Source of the DNA: an uncultured Verrucomicrobiae bacterium
GTDB lineage: Bacteria; Verrucomicrobiota; Verrucomicrobiia; Chthoniobacterales; JAATET01
DNA length: 64,000 bases
Direction of reading: 5' to 3'
NCBI GenBank assembly: GCA_963719495.1
Contig: CAVRCI010000001.1
Coordinates: forward strand, 256,001 to 320,000
How positions within the stretch are numbered: the stretch's first letter is position 1; each line of letters opens with the position of its first letter. The notes beneath the pieces are model-generated. The model ran no database searches. It saw only the letters and a program-made list of their open reading frames with translations, and was not told the DNA's origin. The translations under genes and the position numbers were made by a program. Positions 19,043 through 29,208 of the stretch are shown here, piece after piece.

Positions 19043-21427
19043 ATGGTCCCCTCCGAAGCACCACTCCCCGCTCCCCCAAGGCCCGCGCCACCGCCCCGTC
19101 CTCCGGACTTGTCGGCCTACGCGACCGCCTTCGAACACGCCCCGATCGGCATCGCCCTCGTCGGGCTCGACGGTGGCTGGATCCACGTGAATCGAGCGCT
19201 TTGCGAGCTCTTCGGCTACCGGAACGCGGAGCTCCGAGCCTTCGATTTTCAAAAGATCACCCATCCCGACGATCTCGACGCCGACCTCGCTCTCGTCCGC
19301 GAGACCGTAGCCGGCACCCGCTCCGGCTACGAGATGGAGAAACGCTACGTCCACCGCGACGGCCACATCATCTGGACCCAGCTCAGCGTGACGCTCCTCC
19401 GCGAAGCCGACGGTCAGCCGGTCCACTTCATTTCGCACATTCAAGACATCTCCGACCGCAAGACCTTCGAATCCCGCCTTCTCGCGAGCGAAAATAATTT
19501 CCGCCGCCTCGCCGACGAAGCCTCCGTGATGCTTTGGACCGCCGACGCCACCCAATCGTCCGGCCATTTCAACCAAGCCTACCTCGACTTCACCGGGTTC
19601 ACTCTGGCGGACACCAAAAACGGAGGCTGGAAGGATGCCCTCCACCCCGATGATCTCCCGGGCTACCTCCGCGTCCTCGACCAGGCCTACGCCGACCGCC
19701 AGCCCTTCCGCCACCGCCACCGCCTCCGCCACGCCGACGCCAGCTATCGGAACGTCGAAGACGTCGGCTCCCCCACCCACGCGTCGGACGGTTCCTTCGA
19801 AGGATTTGTCGGGGTCTACACCGACCTCACCGCGACCGTCGTCGCCCAGGAACGCGCCGACGAACTCGCCGAACGTCTCGGACTCGCCACCGAAGCCGCC
19901 AAAGTCGGGGTCTGGGATTGGGACATCACGAACGGCCTCGCCTTCTGGGACAGCCTCATGGGCGACATCTTCGGCATCGACCTGCCCGCCGACGGACTCG
20001 TCACTTTCGAAGTCTGGCGCGACTCCCTCCACCCGGACGACGTCGCCGAGGCGGTCGCCACTTTCGAGAGCGCCGTCCGCGGCGAGATGGAATTCAACAC
20101 CCGCTTTCGCATCAACCATCCCAAGAGCGGCGTCCGCCACATCCGCGCAAACGGCCACGTCGTGCACGACGGAAGCGGCAAGCCGACCCGCGTCGTCGGC
20201 GTCAACTGGGACGTCACCGAGCAATTCGAGCGCGAAAACGACATCCGCGCCGCCATGGAGGCCGCCGAGCGCGCCAACCTCGCCAAGAGCACCTTCCTGG
20301 CCACCATGAGCCACGAGATCCGCACCCCCCTCAACGGCATCATCGGTTTCACCCACCTCCTGCTCGACAGCCATCTGCCGGACGACCTCAAGCCCCTCGC
20401 CCACCCCATCCTCGCCGGCGGCGAGAGCCTCCTCACCATCATCAACGACATCCTCGACTACTCCAAGATCGAGGCCGGCCACGTCGACCTCGAGCGGCTC
20501 GAATTCTCCGTCGACACCCTGCTCCGCGAGATCGTCGAGCTCCTCGCCCCCAAGGCCTCCGAAAAAGACCTCACCATCGAGTTGCAGATCAGCTCCTCCC
20601 TCCCGAAGGACGTCATCGGCGACCCCCACCGACTCCGCCAGATCGTCGTCAACCTCCTCTCCAACGCCATCAAATTCACCGGCGGAGGCACCGTCACCGT
20701 CGACGCCCGCGCCCGTCCCCTCCAGGGCGGTCGATCCAGCGTCACCATCACCGTCGCCGACACCGGCATCGGCATTCCCGACGACAAACTCACCGCACTC
20801 TTCGAGCCATTCAACCAACTCGACGCCTCCACCAATCGCCGCTTCGGCGGCACCGGCCTCGGACTCGCCATCTCGAAACGGCTCGTCGAGGCGATGCGGG
20901 GCGACATCACGGTCAAAAGTGAGGTCGACGCCGGCACCAGCTTCCAAGTCTCGATCCCCTTCACCATCGCCTCCTCCGCGACCGAAGCCGCCGCCCGCGC
21001 CAAGTCGATTTCCCAACGCATCATCCCCATCCAACCGGTCTCGACCGGCGCCCGTCGCCTCCGACTCCTCGTCGCCGAAGACAACGAGATCAATCAGCGC
21101 CTCATCCGCCAGATCCTCGGGCGCATGGGATTCAATCAGCTCCGCGTCGTCGACAACGGCCGCGAAGCCGTCGACGCCGCCCTCGCCGAAGACTTCGACG
21201 GCATCCTCATGGATTGCCAGATGCCCGTCATGGACGGTTACGAAGCCACCGCCGAGCTCCGCGCCCGCGGCTGCAAGATCCCCATTGTCGCCCTTACCGC
21301 CGCCGCCCTCAGCGGAGACAAGGAGCGCGCCCTGGCTGTCGGCATGACCGACTACGTCTCCAAGCCCATCCGCCCCGACCTCCTCGCCGAAGCCGTCGAG
21401 CGCCTGGCCGAAGCCTCCGGCAAATAA
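19043..21427 (+). CDS. Cytoplasmic hybrid histidine kinase (3 PAS + HisKA + HATPase + REC)
   Basis: Three PAS/PAC units (HPDD), FLATMSHEIRTPLN, NLLSNAIKFT, GGTGLGL, LMDCQMPVMDG. Confidence 0.93.
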   Translation: MVPSEAPLPAPPRPAPPPRPPDLSAYATAFEHAPIGIALVGLDGGWIHVNRALCELFGYRNAELRAFDFQKITHPDDLDADLALVRETVAGTRSGYEMEKRYVHRDGHIIWTQLSVTLLREADGQPVHFISHIQDISDRKTFESRLLASENNFRRLADEASVMLWTADATQSSGHFNQAYLDFTGFTLADTKNGGWKDALHPDDLPGYLRVLDQAYADRQPFRHRHRLRHADASYRNVEDVGSPTHASDGSFEGFVGVYTDLTATVVAQERADELAERLGLATEAAKVGVWDWDITNGLAFWDSLMGDIFGIDLPADGLVTFEVWRDSLHPDDVAEAVATFESAVRGEMEFNTRFRINHPKSGVRHIRANGHVVHDGSGKPTRVVGVNWDVTEQFERENDIRAAMEAAERANLAKSTFLATMSHEIRTPLNGIIGFTHLLLDSHLPDDLKPLAHPILAGGESLLTIINDILDYSKIEAGHVDLERLEFSVDTLLREIVELLAPKASEKDLTIELQISSSLPKDVIGDPHRLRQIVVNLLSNAIKFTGGGTVTVDARARPLQGGRSSVTITVADTGIGIPDDKLTALFEPFNQLDASTNRRFGGTGLGLAISKRLVEAMRGDITVKSEVDAGTSFQVSIPFTIASSATEAAARAKSISQRIIPIQPVSTGARRLRLLVAEDNEINQRLIRQILGRMGFNQLRVVDNGREAVDAALAEDFDGILMDCQMPVMDGYEATAELRARGCKIPIVALTAAALSGDKERALAVGMTDYVSKPIRPDLLAEAVERLAEASGK

Positions 21428-21430
21428 CCC

Positions 21431-21573
21431 GGGGAACGCACGCGTCCCGCGTGCGAGCTGCGGCGTCCCGCCGCAGCGCACCCGGCAAGTCGAGCGAAGC
21501 GAGAGAGCCGAAGTAACCCGGAGCGGCGGCTTCCAGCCGCCCACCAAATCAATTCGGCGAAGCCGAACACTCC
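21431..21573 (+). repeat. Composite palindromic repeat (family B/C)
   Basis: gcacgcg-tcc-cgcgtgc, ctgcggcg-tcc-cgccgcag, ggcaagtcgagcgaagcgagagagccg, ggagcggcggcttccagccgcc, ttcggcgaagccgaa. Confidence 0.78.
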
Positions 21574-21577
21574 CAAC

Positions 21578-22342
21578 TCACCAAAGCCGCTTCCGCTCCT
21601 CCGCCGAATCCCCTCCGTCCGACCGCCCACCCCGAGTCACCCGCACCTCCACCCGATACCGCACGCGCACCAGCAGATCACCCCGCCCGCCCCGCGCCTT
21701 CGGCAGCCCCTCGCCCGCCACGCGCAGCACCGCATTCCGCGCCACCCCCGCCGGGATCTCCACCCGCACCATCCCGCCCGCCGGCCCCGGCACCATCTCC
21801 GTCCCCCCGCCCTTCGCCCGCTCACCACTAATCCGCAGATCCATCCGCAGATCCGATCCCTTCGCCCGAAAGAGCCCCCCCGGCCGCACCTTCACCCGAA
21901 CCGCCACCACCCCACCAGCCATCGCCCCAGCGCGCGCGATTTTGAAACGCTCCCCCGGTGCCGTCCCTTCCGGCAGCTCCAGCTGATAACACTCCGGCCC
22001 ATCCGGATTCGCCGGATCGTCCACCCGCACCTCCAGCGACACCCCGCGAATCAGCTCCTCCGCCGACACGAACACATCCTGCTTCACGTCCCGCGCCGCC
22101 CGCCCCACCGGTGACCGCGGCACCGGCTCGTCGATCCCAAGCTCCTCGTCGTGAGCCCGTCGCCGGGCCGGATCCGTCAGCGTCTCGTAAGCCTCGTTCA
22201 ACTCCCGGGCCCGCTCCTCCGCCTCCACCGCATCCCGGCAAACGTCCGGATGCCAGCGCTTGATCAAAGCCCGAAACGCCCCCCGCACCTCCTTCACCGC
22301 GCACCCGCGCTCCACTCCGAGCACCTCGTAATAATCCTTCAT
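21578..22342 (-). CDS. DnaJ-class (CbpA-like) co-chaperone
   Basis: KDYYEVLGV, HPD motif, LNEAYETL, C-terminal LRVAGEGLP...RGDLLV. Confidence 0.88.
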   Translation of the reverse strand: MKDYYEVLGVERGCAVKEVRGAFRALIKRWHPDVCRDAVEAEERARELNEAYETLTDPARRRAHDEELGIDEPVPRSPVGRAARDVKQDVFVSAEELIRGVSLEVRVDDPANPDGPECYQLELPEGTAPGERFKIARAGAMAGGVVAVRVKVRPGGLFRAKGSDLRMDLRISGERAKGGGTEMVPGPAGGMVRVEIPAGVARNAVLRVAGEGLPKARGGRGDLLVRVRYRVEVRVTRGGRSDGGDSAEERKRLW

Positions 22343-22599
22343 CTCTTAACCATCCTGCCCCCCGTCGGCCTACCGAGCGAACCGAAACCTCGATCGCGAA
22401 ACCCAAACGAAGCAGCGGTAAGCGCAACCCCGATCCCAGTCGTGATCGACGGGAAAAATTCTCGGGACGTGAAAGGGAGTGATGGGGCTCGGAGAGCTAG
22501 GAAAACGAGATTTTTATGGTGGGAAAGTGGCGCATCGGCGGGCCAGACGAAGACAAGCGCGCACCCCGACCAACGGGGAGCGATCCGCTCACCGCCCTC

Positions 22600-22836
22600 C
22601 CCGGTCACCGCCGCCAGTTGCCGCCGAAATGTCTGGTGCTCCGGACGCGATCCCCCGAATCGCAGCGGTCCGTCGGTGAGGCACTCCCCACCGACCCGGA
22701 ATTTCAACCAATGCGCTCCCCGAACCTCGAACGTGAAGTCGCCCTCATCGGACAAGCCGAATTCCGCCCGCGGCACCACGCGGCGATCCACCGGATCGAC
22801 GCCCGGCAAGCACACCGCTGACGTTTCGCGGCTCAC
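22600..22836 (-). pseudogene. Probable remnant of an alpha-L-rhamnosidase N-terminal domain
   Basis: GTG overlaps the FAH stop (GTGA). RAEFGLSDEGDFTFEVRGAHWLKFRVGGECLTDGPLRF..PEHQT resembles, from memory, GH78 N-terminal domains. The resemblance is lost after about 80 aa; the end coordinate is approximate. Confidence 0.4.
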
Positions 22837-23636
22837 GCCTCCATCGTCACCGGATTGGTGAGCTGGCCGATGCCATCGACCTCGATCGTCACCTCGTCGC
22901 CGTCGCGCAGCCACCGTGGCGGATTGGCCGCCATGCCGACGCCGTGCGGCGTGCCGGTCAGGATCACCGTTCCCGGGACAAGCGTCGTGCTGCCGCTGAG
23001 GAATTCGATGAGCGTCGGAACGTCGAAGATCATGTCGTCGGTGTTCCAGTCCTGAACGCGCTCGCCGTTGAGCATCGTGCGGATTCCGAGCGCGTTCGGA
23101 TTCGGGATTTCGTCCGGCGTCACGAAGCACGGACCGAGCGGCGCGAAGGTGTCGAAAGATTTCCCGCGCGACCACTGCCCGCCGCCGAACTCGATCTGCC
23201 AGTCGCGCGCGCTCACGTCGTTCGCGCAGGTGTAACCCGCGACGTGGTCGAGCGCGTCGTCCCGCGACACGTTCTTGCAGGCGCGGCCGATGACGACGGC
23301 CAGTTCGCATTCGTAATCGACCTTGTGGCTCGCGAGATGCGTCGGAATCTCAATCGCGTCTCCGGGATTCTGAAGCGCGTTGACGCCTTTGACGAAGAGC
23401 ACCGGCTGCTTCGGAGCGGGCAGATTGCTCTCGTCCGCGTGGTGCAAGTAGTTGAGGCCAATGCAGAGAATCTGCGCCGGGTGGACGGGCGCGAGGAGCT
23501 TAACCACGTCCGCGGTCTCGTCGGTCGGTCGAAGCCCGGAAAAAGGATCGCCCGCCGCGCGCACGGTGCGTCCGTCGGGTTGGATGATTCCGTGGGCAAC
23601 GACGCCCGCGGCGTTCTGATATCGAATAATTTTCAC
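22833..23636 (-). CDS. Fumarylacetoacetate hydrolase family protein
   Basis: ILCIGLNY, VDYECELAVVIG, NDVSARDWQ, GKSFDTFAPLGP, ILTGTPHGVG. Confidence 0.93.
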   Translation of the reverse strand: MKIIRYQNAAGVVAHGIIQPDGRTVRAAGDPFSGLRPTDETADVVKLLAPVHPAQILCIGLNYLHHADESNLPAPKQPVLFVKGVNALQNPGDAIEIPTHLASHKVDYECELAVVIGRACKNVSRDDALDHVAGYTCANDVSARDWQIEFGGGQWSRGKSFDTFAPLGPCFVTPDEIPNPNALGIRTMLNGERVQDWNTDDMIFDVPTLIEFLSGSTTLVPGTVILTGTPHGVGMAANPPRWLRDGDEVTIEVDGIGQLTNPVTMEA

Positions 23637-23639
23637 AAG

Positions 23640-24000
23640 CTAATAAACCGCCCGCCCGCCGGCGAGGTCGAACGTAAAGCCGGTGTTGAAGCTGGCTTCC
23701 GGCGAGACGATCCACGTGGCGAGCGAGGCGATTCCGTCCAGGATCCCGCAGCGCTTAGGTGGGATCCTGTCGGTCCTGAGTTTGACCTGCCCGGCGGGCG
23801 TCGCGGGTTCGACATTGGCAATGCGTCTCAGATCGAAGACGAACTGGAAACACACTTCAGAAATCGTGCGGAATCCCCGCCCCCCCAGAATCATGATCGA
23901 TCAGTTCGCCGCGTCGTTGATGTCGACCGCCAGACGGCTGTCGACCGCGCAGCTTTTCGGTGGACCCGAAAGGATCGCGCCGCCTTGCTCGGTAAAATCT
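23640..24000 (-). pseudogene. Decayed SDR oxidoreductase
   Basis: C-terminus TDRIPPKRCGILDGIASLATWIVSPEASFNTGFTFDLAGGRAVY is SDR-like. Upstream there is only a short stop-terminated fragment, with no intact Rossmann or YxxxK motif. Confidence 0.65.
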
Positions 24001-24069
24001 CCGCTCGTCCGCACTCGTCCGCATCGATTCCGCATTCCTTACGCCCGCCATCCCGGCGTAAGCTGGGGA

Positions 24070-24744
24070 ATGCACGCCCCGTCCGCCTACCTCGATCTGT
24101 CCCACTCGGAGCACCGCGTCATCTTCGAAAAGGTCTCCGCTGTCTGGGACGCGCTGCCCGAGATTAGAACCTACCTCAAGTTCCGCCTCAAGCCCGCCAT
24201 CCTCGGCAAAATGGTCGGACGCCCCTTCGTCAGCGACAACGTCCACGTCGGCAAGGGCACCGTCATCGAGCACGGCGCCATGATCAAAGGCCCCGCCTGG
24301 ATCGGCGAAAACTGCGAGATCCGCAACGGCTGCTACATCCGCGAAAACGTCATCCTCGGCAACGGCGTCGTCGCCGGTAACTCGTGCGAATTCAAGAACT
24401 GCCTCGTCTTCGACGAAGCCCAGATCCCGCACTTCAACTACGTCGGCGATTCCATCCTCGGCCACAAAGCCCACCTCGGCGCCGGCGTCATTCTCTCCAA
24501 CGTCCGCCTCGACCACGCCAACATCACCGTCCCCGGCGATGAAGCCATCCTCGACACCGGCCTCCGCAAATTCGGCGCCATCCTCGGCGACCACGCCGAG
24601 ATCGGCTGCAACGCCGTCCTGAGCCCCGGATCCATCATCGGCCGCCGCGGCATCGTCTACCCCGGAGCCCACTGGCGCGGCATCCTCCCCGCCGACAGCA
24701 TCGCCCACGTCCGCACGAACCAAACCATCCGCCCCCGCCGCTAA
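24070..24744 (+). CDS. Left-handed beta-helix acetyltransferase, GlmU C-terminal-like, stand-alone
   Basis: Hexapeptide repeats, IPHFNYVGDSILG, LRKFGAILGD; no nucleotidyltransferase domain. Confidence 0.85.
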   Translation: MHAPSAYLDLSHSEHRVIFEKVSAVWDALPEIRTYLKFRLKPAILGKMVGRPFVSDNVHVGKGTVIEHGAMIKGPAWIGENCEIRNGCYIRENVILGNGVVAGNSCEFKNCLVFDEAQIPHFNYVGDSILGHKAHLGAGVILSNVRLDHANITVPGDEAILDTGLRKFGAILGDHAEIGCNAVLSPGSIIGRRGIVYPGAHWRGILPADSIAHVRTNQTIRPRR

Positions 24745-24858
24745 ATCGCCCGCCAATGCAAAACTTCGATGCGGCCGCATCGAAGTTTTGCATTGGCGAT
24801 TCGGCGGAAGCGTCTCCAGGTGCCTTTCGGCGAATTTCTGCTAATCTAAACGTCCGAG

Positions 24859-26397
24859 ATGCCCGCCGAGAAAGTCGACCTCCAAGCCAAGCTCCACGAC
24901 GTCCCGCACAAGCCAGGGTGCTACGTCATGCGCGACCGCTTCAAGCACGTCATCTACGTCGGCAAGGCCCGCGACCTCCGCAAACGCGTCAGCAATTACT
25001 TCATGCCGTCGCGCAAAATGACGGCCGACCTCAAGACCCGCGCGCTCATCGACAGCATCTGGGATTTCGAGTGGCACGTCGTCCGCAGCGAAGCCGAAGC
25101 CGTCCTTTACGAAGGCAAACTCATCAAAGAGTTTCGACCCAAATACAACATCTCCTTCAAGGACGACAAACGCTTCCTCCTCGTCCGCGTCAACGTCGAC
25201 GACCCCTACCCCCGCTTCGGCCTCACCCGCCTCAAAAAAGACGACGGCGCCCGCTACTACGGCCCCTTCGCCAACTCCGGCGCCCTCCGCACCACCCTCA
25301 ACGCCATCCGCAAACGCTTCGGCCTCCGCACCTGCCGCCCCCACGTCCCCACCGAGCGCGACTACAAACATTGCCTCAACGACATCATCAAAAACTGCAC
25401 CGCCCCGTGCATCGGCAAGATCGCCCAGGAAGAATACCGAGCCCGCGTCCTGCAGGCCTGCGAACTCCTCGAAGGAGAATCCAAGCAAATGATCGAGCAG
25501 GTCGAATCCGAAATGCAGGCCGCCGCCACCAAGCTCGACTTCGAAAAAGCCGCCCAACTCCGCAACCTCCTGGACGACCTGCGCACCACGACGAAGCCGA
25601 TGACCCGCTTCACGCGCAAAACCCTCCCCTCCGCCATCGACCCCGGAGCCGACCTCCTCGCCCTCAAAGACGCCCTCGCCCTCGAGTCCGAGCCCCGCAT
25701 CATGGAGTGCTTCGACATCTCCAACATCAGCAACACCCACATCGTCGCCTCGATGGTCCGCTTCAAAAACGGCGTCCCCGACCGCGCCGGCTACCGCCGC
25801 TTCCGCATCTCGATCAAACAACAGAACGATTTCGCCTCCATGGCCGAAGTCGTCCGCCGCCGCTACACGAGAATCCTCAAAGAAGCCGCCGAAAAGGACC
25901 CCGACGCCGACACCAACCAACTCCCCCCCGACGAAGCCGTCGACAGAGCATCCACTGCCACCGGCTTGCCGGATCTCATCATCGTCGACGGCGGCAAAGG
26001 CCAACTCTCCAGCGCCTGCAAGGAGCTCCAGCGCCTCGGTCTCCACAATCAGACCATCATCGGCCTGGCGAAAGAATTCGAAGAAATCTACCGCCCCGGC
26101 CGCGCCCTTCCCACCCGCCTCCCCGAAACCAGCGGAGCCCTCCGCCTCCTCCAGCGCATCCGCGACGAAGCCCACCGCTTCGCCAACGGCTACCACAGTC
26201 TCCTCCTCAAAAAGAGAATCAGCGAAAGCGTCCTCGACGACATCGAAGGCGTCAGCGAAAGCCGAAAAAAAGCCCTCCTCACCGAGTTCGGCAGCCTCGA
26301 CCGCCTCAGAAAAGCCACCCCCGAAAAGATCGCCGAGGTCAAAGGCATCAGCCCCCGCCTGGCCACCGAAATTGCCACCAGAATCAAAACCCGCTAG
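24859..26397 (+). CDS. uvrC: Excinuclease ABC subunit C
   Basis: GIY-YIG (PGCY...IYVGKA), UVR domain LDFEKAAQLRN, ECFDISN, IIVDGGKGQ, RIRDEAHRFA, HhH. Confidence 0.95.
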   Translation: MPAEKVDLQAKLHDVPHKPGCYVMRDRFKHVIYVGKARDLRKRVSNYFMPSRKMTADLKTRALIDSIWDFEWHVVRSEAEAVLYEGKLIKEFRPKYNISFKDDKRFLLVRVNVDDPYPRFGLTRLKKDDGARYYGPFANSGALRTTLNAIRKRFGLRTCRPHVPTERDYKHCLNDIIKNCTAPCIGKIAQEEYRARVLQACELLEGESKQMIEQVESEMQAAATKLDFEKAAQLRNLLDDLRTTTKPMTRFTRKTLPSAIDPGADLLALKDALALESEPRIMECFDISNISNTHIVASMVRFKNGVPDRAGYRRFRISIKQQNDFASMAEVVRRRYTRILKEAAEKDPDADTNQLPPDEAVDRASTATGLPDLIIVDGGKGQLSSACKELQRLGLHNQTIIGLAKEFEEIYRPGRALPTRLPETSGALRLLQRIRDEAHRFANGYHSLLLKKRISESVLDDIEGVSESRKKALLTEFGSLDRLRKATPEKIAEVKGISPRLATEIATRIKTR

Positions 26398-26476
26398 GGG
26401 AGCGCACGCGTCCCCGCGTGCGAGCCGCGGCGTCCCGCCGCGGCACCCGGCAAGTCGAGCGAAGCGAGAGAGCCGG
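26397..26476 (+). repeat. Family B palindromic repeat
   Basis: Near-identical to 21431-21512, with compensatory stem changes. Confidence 0.78.
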
Positions 26477-26511
26477 ACTCAACCCACCATTCACCATTCA
26501 CGATTCACCAA

Positions 26512-27126
26512 TCACGCGGTAATCCGCTCCCGCGCCACCGTCACGCAAGCCGGCTTCAAATAAAACGGCACCACCTCCGCGGCACCAGCCTCCCCGCAAG
26601 CCACCTCCGCCAGCACCCCCGCGTCCGGCGTCACGACCTCGAAGTCCCCCAACGCTCCCACCGAAAAAACCGGCACCGCACCAACCGCCGCCAACCGCTC
26701 TTCCAGCGCCTCCCGCCGGATCAGTTCCACTTCCCCAACGACCCGCCGATCCCGCACCCGCGCAAAAAACACCGACCCACCCCGCGCATCCCCGACCGCC
26801 ACGTATTCCGAAATCGCATCTCCCGCTGCCGCCCCCATCGGCAGACACCGCACCGACTCCACCCCCACCAGCTCCGCCCCCGTCGTCAGCCGCAAACCCG
26901 CCGCCGCCGCGACCGACGACCGCAGTCCATTGTAAGATCCCGGCCCAACCCCCACCGCCACGCGCTCAACCCCCCCCACCGCCCGCACCGCCGCCGCCAG
27001 CACCGGAAAAAACCGCCCACCCCGCCCCCGCGGCGAGTCGAAATCCTCCCGAAAAACCACCTCCCCAGCCACCGTCGCCGCCACGCTCCCCCGCGCCGTC
27101 GAGCAATCGAAAGCCACCACCCTCAC
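26512..27126 (-). CDS. tsaB: tRNA threonylcarbamoyladenosine biosynthesis protein TsaB
   Basis: VAFDCST, VAVGVGPGSYNGLR, GDARGG; overlaps the tsaE stop. Confidence 0.88.
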   Translation of the reverse strand: MRVVAFDCSTARGSVAATVAGEVVFREDFDSPRGRGGRFFPVLAAAVRAVGGVERVAVGVGPGSYNGLRSSVAAAAGLRLTTGAELVGVESVRCLPMGAAAGDAISEYVAVGDARGGSVFFARVRDRRVVGEVELIRREALEERLAAVGAVPVFSVGALGDFEVVTPDAGVLAEVACGEAGAAEVVPFYLKPACVTVARERITA

Positions 27127-27584
27127 GCCGCCGCCACCGCCTCCACGCGCCGCGCCGACCCAGCCACCGCGATCCGCACCCGCAGCGTATCCTCGGGCAG
27201 CGCCCCCGCCCCAAACCGATCCCCCCACTCCACGAGCACCACCCCGCTCCCGTCCAGGTAATCGTCGAACCCCAAGTTCACCAAATCCTCCACGGCCCCC
27301 AACCGGTAAAAATCGAAGTGATAAACCGGCAGCCGCCCCCCGAGATATTCCTGCACCAAGGTAAAAGTCGGACTACTCACCTCGCCCGCCCACCCCAGCC
27401 CCCGCGCGACCCCCTTCGCAAAGTGCGTCTTCCCCGCCCCGAGCGGCCCCTCCAGCGACACCGTCACGCCCGCCACCAAATCTTGCCCAAATTCAGCCCC
27501 CAGCTCCACCATCTCCTCCACCGTCGCGCAGACCACCGTCCCCCCAGCCCTGAGGCCCTCCGACGACGGTTTTCGATTTGCCAT
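27123..27584 (-). CDS. tsaE: tRNA threonylcarbamoyladenosine biosynthesis ATPase TsaE
   Basis: GPLGAGKT, VSSPTFTLV, HFDFYRL, VEW. Confidence 0.93.
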   Translation of the reverse strand: MANRKPSSEGLRAGGTVVCATVEEMVELGAEFGQDLVAGVTVSLEGPLGAGKTHFAKGVARGLGWAGEVSSPTFTLVQEYLGGRLPVYHFDFYRLGAVEDLVNLGFDDYLDGSGVVLVEWGDRFGAGALPEDTLRVRIAVAGSARRVEAVAAA

Positions 27585-27613
27585 TGCCCGGCGAATCTAG
27601 AACCTTCGCCCCC

Positions 27614-29194
27614 ATGGACTCAACCTCCCTCTGGCCCCGCTTTCAGAAGTATTTTCTCCGTTACGACGACCTCGGATTTTCCGTCGACGTCTCCCGCATG
27701 CACTTCGGCGACGACTTCTTCGCGTCGATGGAGGCCAAATCCAACACCGCCTTTGCCGCCATGGACGCCCTCGAGGCCGGCGGGATCGCCAACCCCGACG
27801 AGAACCGCATGGTCGGCCATTATTGGCTCCGCAACGCCTCGCTCGCACCCAGCGCCGAGCTCACCGCCGACGTCGAGACCACCCGCGACGACATCCTCGA
27901 ATTCGCCCGGGCCGTCCACGCCGGCGAGGTCAAAGCCGCCAACGGCGCGAAATTCACCGACTTCCTCTCCATCGGCATCGGCGGCTCCGCCCTCGGTCCC
28001 GAACTCGTCGCCGACGCCCTCTGGGAGCCATCGAATCCCATTCGCCTCCACTTCCTCGACAACACCGACCCCGACGGGTTCCAGAAGGTCCTCGCCCAGG
28101 TTGGCCCGAACCTTGCAACCACCCTCGTCGCCGTCATTTCGAAATCCGGCGGCACCCAGGAGCCTCGCAACGCCATGCTCGCCACCCAGGCCGCGTTCGA
28201 ATCCGCAAACATCCCGTTCGCCCCGCACGCCGTCGCCATCACCGGCAAGGACAGCCTCCTCGACCGCACCGCCCGAAGCGAAGGCTGGCTTCGCCGCTTC
28301 CCGATGTTCGACTGGATTGGCGGCCGCACCTCCATCATGAGCGCCGTCGGCCTTCTCCCCATGGCCATCCAGGGCCTCGACGTCCCCGCCTTCCTTGAAG
28401 GAGCCAAATCCATGGACGCGAAGACGCGCGTCCACGACCAGACCGGCAACGCCGCCATGCTCCTCGCCCTCATGTGGTTCGCCTCCGGCGACGGCCAAGG
28501 CAAAAAAGACATGGTCGTCCTGCCCTACAAGGACCGCCTCCTCCTCTTCAGCCGTTACCTCCAGCAGCTCGTCATGGAATCCCTCGGCAAACGTCTCGAC
28601 CTCGACGGCAACGTCGTGAATCAGGGTATCGCCGTCTACGGCAACAAAGGCTCGACCGACCAGCACGCCTACGTCCAGCAGCTCCGCGACGGCGTGAACA
28701 ATTTCTTCGCCACCTTCATCGAGACCCACGAGTCCGCCCCGGGTGCCGACCCCGAAGTCGCTCCCGGCGCGACCTCCGGCGACTTCCTCCAGGGCTTCCT
28801 CCGCGGCACCCGCAAAGCCCTCGCCGAGAGCGACCGCGAATCCATCACCGTCAGCATCCCCCGCGTCGACGCCTTCAACCTCGGAGCCCTCATCGCCCTC
28901 TACGAGCGCGCCGTCGGGTTCTACGGCACCCTCGTCAACGTGAACGCCTACCACCAGCCCGGCGTCGAAGCCGGCAAAAAAGCCGCCGCGGAAGTGATCG
29001 ACCTCCAGGCCAAAGTCATCGCCGAGCTCGAGTCCCACGCGGGCCAGGTGCTGACCGCCGAAGACATCGCCACCGCCGTCGCCGCCGACCCCGAGGAGGT
29101 CTACCACATCGGGCGTCACCTCGCCGCCAACCGCGCCACCATCACGACCGCGGTCGGCACCAGCCCCGCCGAAGACACCTTCCAATCCAGCTAA
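27614..29194 (+). CDS. pgi: Glucose-6-phosphate isomerase
   Basis: IGIGGSALG, ISKSGGT, DWIGGRTS, QQLVMESLGK, QPGVEAGK. Confidence 0.95.
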   Translation: MDSTSLWPRFQKYFLRYDDLGFSVDVSRMHFGDDFFASMEAKSNTAFAAMDALEAGGIANPDENRMVGHYWLRNASLAPSAELTADVETTRDDILEFARAVHAGEVKAANGAKFTDFLSIGIGGSALGPELVADALWEPSNPIRLHFLDNTDPDGFQKVLAQVGPNLATTLVAVISKSGGTQEPRNAMLATQAAFESANIPFAPHAVAITGKDSLLDRTARSEGWLRRFPMFDWIGGRTSIMSAVGLLPMAIQGLDVPAFLEGAKSMDAKTRVHDQTGNAAMLLALMWFASGDGQGKKDMVVLPYKDRLLLFSRYLQQLVMESLGKRLDLDGNVVNQGIAVYGNKGSTDQHAYVQQLRDGVNNFFATFIETHESAPGADPEVAPGATSGDFLQGFLRGTRKALAESDRESITVSIPRVDAFNLGALIALYERAVGFYGTLVNVNAYHQPGVEAGKKAAAEVIDLQAKVIAELESHAGQVLTAEDIATAVAADPEEVYHIGRHLAANRATITTAVGTSPAEDTFQSS

Positions 29195-29208
29195 CCGACC
29201 TTCGTCCC

